From: Terriglobia bacterium
Lineage (GTDB): Bacteria; Acidobacteriota; Terriglobia; JAIQFV01
Reading direction: 5' to 3'
Length of the DNA stretch: 64,000 bases
Assembly: GCA_041494885.1 (NCBI GenBank)
Contig: JBGQBO010000006.1
Location: forward strand, 26,776 to 90,775
Part shown: positions 28,004-37,149 of the stretch, piece by piece
How the letters are laid out: the number at the start of each line of letters is the position of its first letter
How positions within the stretch are numbered: position 1 is the stretch's first letter
Notes under the pieces: model-generated
Told to the model about the DNA's origin: nothing
The model's input: only the letters and a program-made list of their open reading frames with translations
The model's database searches: none
Position numbers and translations under genes: made by a program

Positions 28004-30868
28004 GTGGGGTCGGCAGGATTGTCCCAGGTCCATCTCATGTTTCAATTCCCCATTCACAAAGGTTGGTCGAACCGTGGCGCCCTCCATAGAAGGCGACGAA
28101 GATCGTTGCTTTGGACTTTTCTTCACAAAAATCCAACCTGCCGTTTTTCCGTGTTCCTCTTCCTGCTGGCTTTCCTGATCCTTCCTTTGAATCTTCCCGC
28201 TCAATCATCCCGGTCCCAACCGCGCAAGCCGAACCCCGCCGGTTCCAAGGGATCGACCCAGTCTGCCCCATCGCAATTGATCGGGAACTTCAAGTCGCGG
28301 GAGGACCATGGATCCTATTCAAAGGTTATTTACCGCAACGATCTCGTATTGGTCGTGAAGGAGCAGCACGCCACTCCGCTGGCCTCCCTCACCCTGATCT
28401 TGAAGATCCCGGACCTTCAGCCGACCGCTGAAAACGAACTGCTGTTGCGGGTCGCTGCGCTGAACGTTTTTCCCGCAATAGGACTGCCGGAGGCGTCCAA
28501 TGGCGAGAGTTCGATTTATTCCCTGGGTGCAATCCCCCGTCTGAGGGTTTTCCCGGACCGCATTGAATGGACCGTGACCTTTCCCGCGGAGAACATTCAG
28601 AAGATCTATCCACTGGTGGCGCAGCGGCTTCTCAAGTCGGAACCTTCGTCCGGATTGGTCACCTCGATTCTCAAGTCGCTCCCCCGGACCGAACACCAGG
28701 ATGACCGGGACATCGAGGGGCGGGAATTATTCATCCTCGCCGGGTATCCGTCCGCCCTGACAGTGCCCTCGGAATCCAGCCCAGATCTGCTCAACTCGCT
28801 CAAGCAATTTCAAACCCGCACGCTTCAAGCCCAACAGATCATCCTCTCAATGGTCGGCGATTTCGACCGCGAGAAGGTGATCCAAAAGGTAGGTGAATAT
28901 TTTCTGGCCATCCCGGCGGGCGAATCAAAGAAAAAAGCATCCGGCGCGTCCTCGGACTCGGCGGCAGCTCTGCGGTACGCCCTGGTTCCCTCGATGGACG
29001 GAATGGCAGGCTTAGACCTGTATTTTCCCTCCAAATCGTCACCGAACGCGACGCACGCGATTCTATCTTCCCTTCTCGCCAATGGAGAAATGTCGTTTCT
29101 AAAGCATGATCTGATTTATCAGCGGGCGTTGGTTTCGTCCCTTTCTGCTCGGAGCCGGGGGATCAACGGCGAGAGTTTCTTTTCCCTTCATTTTTCGTGT
29201 CCCCCGGAAAACCTCGATCAGGCAACCGTCTATCTCCAGGCACGTCTTCGCCAGTTCGCGAGCACGCCTCCCTCGGATGACGAAATGGTGCGGGCGCGTC
29301 GACAATTTGACCTGACATGGAATCTGACCAATCAGGCACCTTCAGAAGTGAGTCGGAATTTGGCGGAATACGAATCGGGACGCGGTTACCTGGCCTACAC
29401 CAGCGTGTTGTCGGATATCGAAAAAGTAACGGCGCAGGAGGTGAATCGGGCGGCATCGGACTTGTTCTCGTTGAGCCATGCAATGGCTTTCGAACGCTGG
29501 CCACTGGCGCCTGGCTCGCGAACGTATACCCCCGAAACCTATCGCGATTTCATCGACCTCGCTGTACCACGTGCCCTGGCAAAGCTCGGGAAGAAAGTAG
29601 AGCAGGCCAGTGCCAACCTTCCCGAAACCAGTGGAAGACCCGCCCCCCAGGGGAGCAACCTGGATCGCAGCGAGTTAAAAGCAGCCGCGTGGAACAAGTA
29701 TTCCATTCTCCGCGGACCTAATGTGTTCGTCAGGGAGTTTCATCTGGCTCCCCTGGTCACCATCGAGGTGCTCTACCCGGGAGGACAGTTCTTAGAGGCG
29801 AATGACAATGCGGGCATGACAGCGCTCTCGGTGCTTTCTTCCATTCAATCAGTCAAAGACAAGACGCACGATGAATTATGGTTCCAACTGGAGTCCCTGG
29901 GCGCAACCCTTCTGCCCATAGTGGAAAACGAAGTCTTTGGGTATGCCCTGATAGTCCCGCCGGTGACGGCGCCTGCCTGTATCGATCTTCTCCTCGAAAT
30001 GCTCCTGGAACCTCGATTTACTCCTGAAGATGTCGCCGCCTCGAAATTGCGAATTCTCGAACAGTTTCAATCGCAACTCGATTCCCCCCGGGCGTTTGCA
30101 AGCGACCGGCTCCAAGCCACGTTCTTCAATTACGCTGAATTGTATCCGCCTCTCAATCAGCGCATCGCGAATGTTCGAAAATCCTCTGAAAAGGAGGTTT
30201 CGGCCTGGTGGAATCGCATACAAAAGGATGTCCAACCAACTCTGGTCATCCTGGGGGATACGGAGGGGACGGAATACGTGGCTCCCTTCGCGCGGAAACT
30301 CAGCAGTTCAAAATGGAACCAATTTACATTCGAGCCGCTTAAATCCATCAAGGCGCCCAAACTGCCAGCGCTGACCCAGGAGTCCAGTCAACATACTTCA
30401 TCTCCGATCCTCATGCTCGGTTTTGCAGGCCCCAACTTCGCTGGATCAGATGCGGACGCCATTGAGATCGGGAACTGGCTCTTCAGGGGAGTGTTCGGTC
30501 ATTCCAGAGTGACGGAATTTTACTACCTGCGCTATTTCGAAGGCGATCGGGAGGTGAGCGGTGGCGACCCTTCAGTGCTCGCCAACCAGTCTGTTCGCCA
30601 AATGTCAGCCTTGCTTGCCAACGATGCCGCACTGCTGACTGCACAGAAGATGTGGCAGACCGATACGAGTTTGCGCGACCTCGATCTCGTTCTCAAGGGG
30701 CTGAATTTCTACCGGCGCTCTCTTTACTCTCCCGACATCGAAGCCCTCGGAAAAGCCGAGCAAGCCACCGCCCTGATGACTCTTCCTCAACTCCGGGAGG
30801 CCCTCAATTCCATATTCCAGCCCCAGAACATGATGGTGTGCTTCGTGACTCCCTCGGGCAGTCATTAA
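28004..30868 (+). CDS. Secreted M16 (pitrilysin) family peptidase-like protein with two tandem M16 halves; lacks the HxxEH zinc motif, so probably non-catalytic
   Basis: 954 aa with GTG start; an internal ATG at 28037 also precedes the signal peptide FSVFLFLLAFLILPLNLPAQS. M16 N- and C-domain-like architecture occurs twice. No HxxEH found on reading. Confidence 0.6.
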   Translation: MGSAGLSQVHLMFQFPIHKGWSNRGALHRRRRRSLLWTFLHKNPTCRFSVFLFLLAFLILPLNLPAQSSRSQPRKPNPAGSKGSTQSAPSQLIGNFKSREDHGSYSKVIYRNDLVLVVKEQHATPLASLTLILKIPDLQPTAENELLLRVAALNVFPAIGLPEASNGESSIYSLGAIPRLRVFPDRIEWTVTFPAENIQKIYPLVAQRLLKSEPSSGLVTSILKSLPRTEHQDDRDIEGRELFILAGYPSALTVPSESSPDLLNSLKQFQTRTLQAQQIILSMVGDFDREKVIQKVGEYFLAIPAGESKKKASGASSDSAAALRYALVPSMDGMAGLDLYFPSKSSPNATHAILSSLLANGEMSFLKHDLIYQRALVSSLSARSRGINGESFFSLHFSCPPENLDQATVYLQARLRQFASTPPSDDEMVRARRQFDLTWNLTNQAPSEVSRNLAEYESGRGYLAYTSVLSDIEKVTAQEVNRAASDLFSLSHAMAFERWPLAPGSRTYTPETYRDFIDLAVPRALAKLGKKVEQASANLPETSGRPAPQGSNLDRSELKAAAWNKYSILRGPNVFVREFHLAPLVTIEVLYPGGQFLEANDNAGMTALSVLSSIQSVKDKTHDELWFQLESLGATLLPIVENEVFGYALIVPPVTAPACIDLLLEMLLEPRFTPEDVAASKLRILEQFQSQLDSPRAFASDRLQATFFNYAELYPPLNQRIANVRKSSEKEVSAWWNRIQKDVQPTLVILGDTEGTEYVAPFARKLSSSKWNQFTFEPLKSIKAPKLPALTQESSQHTSSPILMLGFAGPNFAGSDADAIEIGNWLFRGVFGHSRVTEFYYLRYFEGDREVSGGDPSVLANQSVRQMSALLANDAALLTAQKMWQTDTSLRDLDLVLKGLNFYRRSLYSPDIEALGKAEQATALMTLPQLREALNSIFQPQNMMVCFVTPSGSH

Positions 30869-30969
30869 TGATAGAATGATGGTTGTTGCCAAATAGTAAC
30901 AAGCAGCGCGATGCCGCCAAGGCGGGATCGTGCCATACCAGCGATTCCGGGAAAGGACATTCAAGAACC

Positions 30970-31986
30970 ATGTTGATCGTCATGCGGTCACATGCCACAG
31001 CGGAAGAGATTCGCAAGGTGTGTGAAATCATCGAGGGAATGGGATTGAAGGCGCATCCCATCCCGGGGGCGGAGCGAACCGCCATTGGGATCACGGGTAA
31101 CCAGGGAGAGGTAGATATTGGTGCCCTTGAGGACCTCCCCGGCGTGGTCGAAACCATCGCAGTCTCCAAACCTTACAAGCTGGTGAGCCGGGAACTCAAG
31201 CCCGAGGACACGATCGTCCGGGTGCGCGGTGTGGCCATCGGATCGAAAGCCCTGGCCATCATGGCTGGCCCCTGCGCCATTGAAAGTTATGACCAGGCCA
31301 TGGCGGTGGCCGAATCGGTCAAGAAGAGCGGGGCCAGGTTTTTTCGTGGAGGCGCCTATAAGCCGCGCACTTCTCCTTACAGCTTTCAAGGACTTGGCGT
31401 TGAAGGGTTGAAAATCCTGGCTAAAGTCCGGGAGGCCTTTGATCTCGCCATCGTGACGGAGGCAGTTGATCCCGAAAGCCTCGCAGCCGTGGAGGAATAT
31501 GCCGACATGATCCAGATCGGTGCTCGCAACATGCAGAATTTCTCACTTTTGAAACTGGCGGGCAGGGCCCGCAAACCGGTGCTCCTGAAACGAGGAATGT
31601 CGGCGACCCTGGATGAGTTCTTAATGGCCGCAGAATACATCATGTCGGAAGGAAATTATCAAGTGGCCCTGTGCGAACGCGGGGTCCGGACATTTGCAGA
31701 CCATACGCGAAATACACTGGATTTGAGCGTGGTTCCCGCCGTCAAGCGACTTTCGCACCTTCCGATCATCGTGGATCCGAGTCACGGAACAGGCAGACGC
31801 GACAAGGTGATCCCCCTGTCGCGGGCCGCCATTGCGGTGGGCGCCGATGGCTTGATCATTGAAGTGCATCCGCAGCCCGACCATGCCCTTTCCGATGGAG
31901 CCCAATCACTTTATCCGGCACAGTTTGAACGTCTGATGTCAGAAATCAGCCAAATCGCGCCCGTGGTGGACCGCATCCTCAGCTGA
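30970..31986 (+). CDS. 3-deoxy-7-phosphoheptulonate (DAHP) synthase, class I-beta with N-terminal ferredoxin-like regulatory domain (Thermotoga type)
   Basis: MLIVMRSHATAEEI...(ACT/FL-like); MAGPCAIES; KPRTSPYSFQGLG; IQIGARNMQNF; IVDPSHGTG. Confidence 0.85.
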   Translation: MLIVMRSHATAEEIRKVCEIIEGMGLKAHPIPGAERTAIGITGNQGEVDIGALEDLPGVVETIAVSKPYKLVSRELKPEDTIVRVRGVAIGSKALAIMAGPCAIESYDQAMAVAESVKKSGARFFRGGAYKPRTSPYSFQGLGVEGLKILAKVREAFDLAIVTEAVDPESLAAVEEYADMIQIGARNMQNFSLLKLAGRARKPVLLKRGMSATLDEFLMAAEYIMSEGNYQVALCERGVRTFADHTRNTLDLSVVPAVKRLSHLPIIVDPSHGTGRRDKVIPLSRAAIAVGADGLIIEVHPQPDHALSDGAQSLYPAQFERLMSEISQIAPVVDRILS

Positions 31987-31999
31987 TCGATCGAATCCC

Positions 32000-33139
32000 A
32001 TGCTGAATCAAACACCGCATTCAAGAGATTGGAGGTGGGTTCGCTGTCTCCTCGCACTGCAAGCCTTGGCAGCCTTGCTCCTGCTTCTCAGTTGCGACGA
32101 TAGCGATTCTCCCCCCACAGCTCCGCCGGAAGGTTCTCTCTTCGCCTATGTTTCCAACGGGAATGGAAATTCGGTCTCGATCATCGACCTGAAGTCCATG
32201 CACATTGTGAAAGAACTGCGCGTGGGAAAGAGCCCTACGGGCGTGGCGGCGTGTCCGCTCACCAAGTATGTCTTCGTCGTGAACACGGATTCCAACTCAG
32301 TTTCCGTCATTGATTCATTGAAACAGGAGATCGTTCGGACGATCCCGGTCCATTCCAAACCCTTTTATGTCACCTTTACGCCGGACGGTAAGAAGGCATT
32401 CGTCCCGAATTCCTTATCAAACGATGTTTCCGTCATTGACGTCTCGAAATTGGCCGTCGAAAAAACAGTGCGGGTTGGCGCAGGCCCGACACAGCTTCTC
32501 ATGAGCGTGCATCAACCGACTCTTTATGTGGCCTGCTTTTCCGGAGGACAAATTGCGGCCATTGACACCACAGACCTTCATTTGAAGGCCACCATTCCGG
32601 TGGTGGCGCACCCCACCTCCCTGGCCATCCTTCCCGATGATTCAAAACTCTTCGTCTCAAGTGCCGATACAGGCCAAGTGGCCGTAATCGACGTCCTCAA
32701 GCGAGAACGGATAGCGACCTTGTTGACCGGCAAGGCCCCGGTGTTTCTCCGCCTGAAGCCGGACGGTGGAGAATTATTCGTCAGTGATTTTGACCACGAT
32801 ACGATTTCAATTATTAATACCGCCGCTAACGAGATTTCCATGACCCTAGCCGTGGGAAAGAATCCGAATCAGACCGCCGTCACAAATGATAACTCGCGCC
32901 TGTTTGTGGGGAATTATGGCTCCAATTCTGTCCTCGTTTTCAACATAGACGAGCGCACCGTTCTCAATTCCATTCCCGTGGGAGCCGGGCCCGACGCGCT
33001 GGTGCTGACCCCCGGGGATCGATATTTGTTGGTGGTCAACTCAAAGTCGAATGACGTCTCCGTGATTAATGCCACAACCAGCCAGGTTTTCACCGTCCTC
33101 CCCGTCGGCCCCTCTCCCCGTGCTATCGCCATTCAATAA
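32000..33139 (+). CDS. YVTN-family beta-propeller repeat lipoprotein
   Basis: Lipobox LLLLSC; about eight 40-residue repeats of the type ...VYVxNxxSNxVSVIDxxxxxVVxTIPVGxxP... Confidence 0.75.
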   Translation: MLNQTPHSRDWRWVRCLLALQALAALLLLLSCDDSDSPPTAPPEGSLFAYVSNGNGNSVSIIDLKSMHIVKELRVGKSPTGVAACPLTKYVFVVNTDSNSVSVIDSLKQEIVRTIPVHSKPFYVTFTPDGKKAFVPNSLSNDVSVIDVSKLAVEKTVRVGAGPTQLLMSVHQPTLYVACFSGGQIAAIDTTDLHLKATIPVVAHPTSLAILPDDSKLFVSSADTGQVAVIDVLKRERIATLLTGKAPVFLRLKPDGGELFVSDFDHDTISIINTAANEISMTLAVGKNPNQTAVTNDNSRLFVGNYGSNSVLVFNIDERTVLNSIPVGAGPDALVLTPGDRYLLVVNSKSNDVSVINATTSQVFTVLPVGPSPRAIAIQ

Positions 33140-33160
33140 TCATTTCTCTTGTCCGCCACT

Positions 33161-33240
33161 GGCGGGTTGGGATTTGGGTTCTAGCTGGAATTTGGATTTT
33201 GGGTTTTGTCTGGATTTTGCACTTTGGATTTTGGAATTTG
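33161..33240. repeat. Irregular array of TGGAT(T)TTGG / TTGGGATTTGG motifs (at least 4 copies), followed by an 8-9-bp inverted repeat hairpin (gcaggcat..atgcctgc, 33255-33281)
   Basis: Read directly in the convergent intergenic region after the YVTN gene. Confidence 0.5.
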
Positions 33241-33568
33241 CTTTTCTGAAGCTGGGGTGCCGCAGGCATTCGTTCTTTGCATGCCTGCGATGGACGGCAT
33301 CCGATTCACACCTTCCGTTTTGCTCAGAATTTACGAGGATGAATGGGGTCGGGTTTTTGCAATTTCCATTTCAGCGACACGATATACTTAGACTATGTCA
33401 CCGTCTCCGCCGCCATCCGCCGGTTCGAAGACAAATTGGGGATAGACCAGTACTTATCCGAGATCTTCCACAACGCCCAATCTCAATTGGAGATTGGAAA
33501 GACGTGATAATCATTTTTTCGGTCAATTACACTTTCGGGATATGAACCCGGCTCGCAAGCGGAAGTTC

Positions 33569-34462
33569 TTAGTGTGTGCCAAAGCCTCTCGCAACTGAAT
33601 CGAGCCTCGTTAGACGTTCGTCAATCGCCTTCAGAACGCCTTCGGGTTTGGTCCCTGCCATGCTATCTAGAAACGTTGTGAATTGAACGGTTTCGTCCAA
33701 GATAGCCTTTCTGCATCGAATGTAGTGGGGTGCTTCATTTGTTCCAATTTCGGAGGCTAATCCAGTTAGAGCTGCTCTCAGACTTGCTATTCTTTGTTGT
33801 GGGGTTCCCGGTACCGAGCTGCTTGAATATTGGCCCCGAAACTGCCGGAGGATCGCAAGCGACCTGGTTGCGTGATCCTGCATACCTCGTCGGCAATCAA
33901 GAGCCTCTTTGATTTTCGCATCGGAGCCTTCTGTGGTGTTGTTCGAATAGACTAGGCCCGTAATTTCAACGAAGTAATTGGCTATGGAATCAGCCACATC
34001 AGTACCCTTCGGCACAGGAGGAGACAGACACTCGATGCGACTATCTCCAGGCTGTAAAGTTTTCCTTGAATCCATCGCATTCATCCCTTGGCGATAGAGA
34101 GGGTGTGGCTTGCCATTCACCTGCCTCCGATCACCATGCTGAAGCATGTATGCCACAACAATTTCATTGGATACATTGGTCAGGGTGACGCACAAGCTTT
34201 GCTTCTGCTCATCGAAAAAGATGTTGCCAAGGACCACACCATTAACAGGTCTACCAGTGTTAGGATGAGGGGAACCTGTGTTGCCTTGCCCCAGGGCGAC
34301 CCCCAAAGGACAAGCGGATGTTTCTGCCAGTCCAAGAGGCACGTTGACAATCTGCAGAATCCCAAAGAAGAGTGCCATTAAAGCAGCACAATGGAAATAC
34401 CTGTAGTTAAACCTCTCTAGGGGTATCACTGCGATGCTGGTGGTTTTCGCACTTCGTGTCAT
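33569..34462 (-). CDS. Orphan hypothetical protein (297 aa; possible signal/TM at N-terminus), low-G+C
   Basis: Long ORF in a visibly lower-G+C tract, with hydrophobic N-terminal segment MALFFGILQIVNVPLGLAETSA. No recognisable motifs. Confidence 0.4.
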   Translation of the reverse strand: MTRSAKTTSIAVIPLERFNYRYFHCAALMALFFGILQIVNVPLGLAETSACPLGVALGQGNTGSPHPNTGRPVNGVVLGNIFFDEQKQSLCVTLTNVSNEIVVAYMLQHGDRRQVNGKPHPLYRQGMNAMDSRKTLQPGDSRIECLSPPVPKGTDVADSIANYFVEITGLVYSNNTTEGSDAKIKEALDCRRGMQDHATRSLAILRQFRGQYSSSSVPGTPQQRIASLRAALTGLASEIGTNEAPHYIRCRKAILDETVQFTTFLDSMAGTKPEGVLKAIDERLTRLDSVARGFGTH

Positions 34463-34635
34463 AAAGCCTCCTAATTATTTGGGCCGGAACAATATCCAAT
34501 TAAACGGGTAGTGTCTCTAAATATCTTGTGCCCCATAAGTCATTTCTTAAATTTCATCAGACCTCTAAATTCCCGCCAATCCTACTCCGCAACCATACAC
34601 CCCACCGAGGTATCTATCGCTCACATGATAATGAA

Positions 34636-34898
34636 GAGGCTCACATCTTCGCATTTTGCAATTGGTGGGGCAAAGTTGGAAAACGACGAAGAGATGATGA
34701 AACCTCGCGAGGGATGGTTGCCTGTCTTGGGAAGGCAGGATGAGGCATAGGCGCATCAATTCCGACATCAGCATTCCCCCCAGGGAGAGAAGTTGAGCTG
34801 CGGAGGGCGCAACCCCTTCGAATCTCTACCTTGCCTCTGCACAATAAAAAGACGGGATGACCCTGCTAAATGCAAAATGCGAAGATGTGACCCTCCTC
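34636..34898. repeat. Pair of 25-bp inverted repeats (gaggctcacatcttcgcattttgca ... tgcaaaatgcgaagatgtgaccctc, 24/25 identical) bounding about 210 bp: MITE-like element or IS remnant; truncates the RHS remnant
   Basis: Inverted repeats read directly. No ORF inside. The right repeat overlaps the 3' end of the YD-repeat ORF. Confidence 0.55.
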
Positions 34899-35790
34899 AT
34901 TGACACCGTCGAGTTGACTTGAGTCAACCGGCCCTTCGAATTCGAAACACTGGTGGCGTCGTAGGTATAGCTCACGGCCGGCGTGCTGGACGAATCGTTC
35001 TGATACGTTTTATTCGTCAGGCGATTTAAAGCATCATACACGTAGTTGGTCGTCATCCCTCGCGCATCGGTCTTCGAGAGCAGGTTCCCATTGCCGTCAT
35101 AGCTGGTGTAGTTCACCGTTCCGCTCTCGGGGTTGGTGGCGCTCGTGAGGCGTTTCAAGGAATCGTAGGAAAAGCTGCGCGTTTGCCCGCCTTGCATGAC
35201 CGTTTTCAGATCGTCCAGCGCGTCGTAGCTGTAAGAAGTCGGCTGTACCGGACTCGTGACATCGCCCAGCGCGCCGGTGTCTTTGTTGGGTTCGTCCACT
35301 CGGGTCAGTCGCCCGAGCGCGTCCGTCAAACTGCGCCGTGGCTTACCGCCCTGATCCGTCACCGTCGTCTGGTTGCCGCTGTAATCGGTCGTGACGACGG
35401 CGTTATCTGAGGTCGTCACCGTTTTGACTCGTGACAGCCCATCGTAGCCAAACGTGGTGAGACCGTAAGTGAGATCGCTCGTCGAACGGTACGGATTCGA
35501 CACCGTGTGCTTACGCCCCAACGCGTCGTAGGTCGTGTCGGTGTAAACGATGCCCTGGGGATCGGTCATTAACTGGGTTGAATCCCCCGCCTTAACCCGT
35601 CGTACACGGTCTTGGTTTGAATAGCGCGGTCGCCGCTGGCATTCAAATCCCGTGCCGTCACCACATTCAAAGCGCTGTCGTTGTAAGTGTAGACGCTGCG
35701 AATGAAGAGGGTCACATCTTCATTCCCGGCCACATAGTCATCGCAGGCATCGCGCAAAACGCGATGCCTGCGGCACCCAGCCCACTCGAC
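34899..35790 (-). pseudogene. RHS / YD-repeat protein remnant (about 300 aa of YD repeats; frameshifted near 35570; both N- and C-terminal parts missing)
   Basis: Translations ...TVYDGL(frame shift)TDPQGIVYTDTTYDALGRKHTV...TFGYDGLSRVKTV...YSYDALDDLKTV...FSYDSLKRLTSATN...YTSYDGNGNLLSKTDARG...YVYDALNRLTNKTY show canonical YD/RHS repeats split over two frames (35569-35832 and 34826-35569). Confidence 0.7.
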
Positions 35791-35858
35791 TCTCCAACGC
35801 ACACATTGCAAAGAACGCGATGTATGCGCCATCCCGTCGGAGCGTGCGGCACTCCAAC

Positions 35859-36308
35859 CTACTGGATGGTTTTCGACTCCGGCTTGGGGGGAGAGATCAA
35901 GGTCACGGCCAGGTTAGTCTCCTTGACCATGACGCCGTTGAGGTACACCTGCAGAGGGTACTCGCCCACCGTTTCAAACGTGACGTTCGCAAAGATTGTG
36001 ATATTATCAGCGAATCCGTTCGGCTCGATCCGGAACGGCGCGGCCTGCGCTTGCGCCACCACCTTGGAACGGTCCGGCGACAGGATCTTCACTTCCGAAG
36101 AATACTCCCCTTCTCCGGTCCAGTGGTTGATCAAAGCAAATTTCAAAAGGCTGGACGGGAGCGCATAGAAGTAAACGTTTCTGAACAGGCCCATCAAGCT
36201 CAGCTTGTTTCCCAACTCGACTCGAACGTCATCGCACAATAAGCTGTATTCCAGATGTGCCTTCGGCGGTTGACTTGACATGAAAGGCTCCTCCCGGGAA
36301 CGGGTCAA
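35859..36308 (-). CDS. Hypothetical protein (about 140-149 aa); stop overlaps plsC start, likely co-transcribed
   Basis: ORF with normal G+C; no recognisable motif. Confidence 0.45.
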   Translation of the reverse strand: MTRSREEPFMSSQPPKAHLEYSLLCDDVRVELGNKLSLMGLFRNVYFYALPSSLLKFALINHWTGEGEYSSEVKILSPDRSKVVAQAQAAPFRIEPNGFADNITIFANVTFETVGEYPLQVYLNGVMVKETNLAVTLISPPKPESKTIQ

Positions 36309-37063
36309 ACCGTCTCAGACCCTTCCGAGCGAGAGACCGGCGATTGAACCTGAGCTTCATCCTTTCGCTCGAGCCCCGAGACGATAGCCGCCCGGACCCG
36401 TTCGATGAGCTCATCGCGGTCTTCCAGAGAATAAGCGGTAACATCAATGGGATCGTGGAACGTCACTTTGACATGCCCCGGACGGATCTTGAATTCCCCC
36501 TTGCGCATCATCTCATAACACCCGTCCAAGGTCACCGGGACCACCGGAACCTTCGATCGAATCGCGGCGACAAAGGCCCCCTTGCGAAAATCTCCCATCT
36601 CTCCCGTCTTGGTCCTGGTTCCTTCAGGATAAATCAGGAAAGAGTCCCCCGCCTGCAACTGGCGGATGGCCTGCTCTATGCTTTCCACCGCACTGGCGTG
36701 ATTTTTCCGATCGACGGGAATGAATCGCTCCAGGCGGCAGGCCGTCGCCAGGAGCGGAGTCTTGAAGAACTCTTTCTTGGCGATGGCTTTCACATCCCGG
36801 GGGATGGCGATAAAAGCGCCGACGGGGTCCACATTGCTCTGGTGATTGGGCATGAAAATGTAGTTTTGCCGCTCCCGAATCTTCTCCCTCCCATACACCG
36901 TGAGCTTTCCCCCAGCCAGGAATAGGGCCAGTCGGGCGCCCGCCCGACCCACGTTGTAAAGAAAGTGATGCGTCTTGAATATCTTGGTGACGAGAATGGT
37001 CAAAGGCCCCGCCAGCAAGATGTACAAGGCCACTCCCAACAGAGTGATGGTGGCGCGAATCAT
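36305..37063 (-). CDS. plsC: 1-acyl-sn-glycerol-3-phosphate acyltransferase PlsC
   Basis: 252 aa; N-terminal TM; NHQSNVDP (HxxxxD) and EGTR acyltransferase motifs. Confidence 0.85.
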   Translation of the reverse strand: MIRATITLLGVALYILLAGPLTILVTKIFKTHHFLYNVGRAGARLALFLAGGKLTVYGREKIRERQNYIFMPNHQSNVDPVGAFIAIPRDVKAIAKKEFFKTPLLATACRLERFIPVDRKNHASAVESIEQAIRQLQAGDSFLIYPEGTRTKTGEMGDFRKGAFVAAIRSKVPVVPVTLDGCYEMMRKGEFKIRPGHVKVTFHDPIDVTAYSLEDRDELIERVRAAIVSGLERKDEAQVQSPVSRSEGSETV

Positions 37064-37149
37064 AGGCGACTCAAAGCATCAAACATTGGACGGTGCAAAC
37101 AAACCAGGTTCTTCAGCATATTTCAGGGATCCATTCCCGCCTCGAGCCT

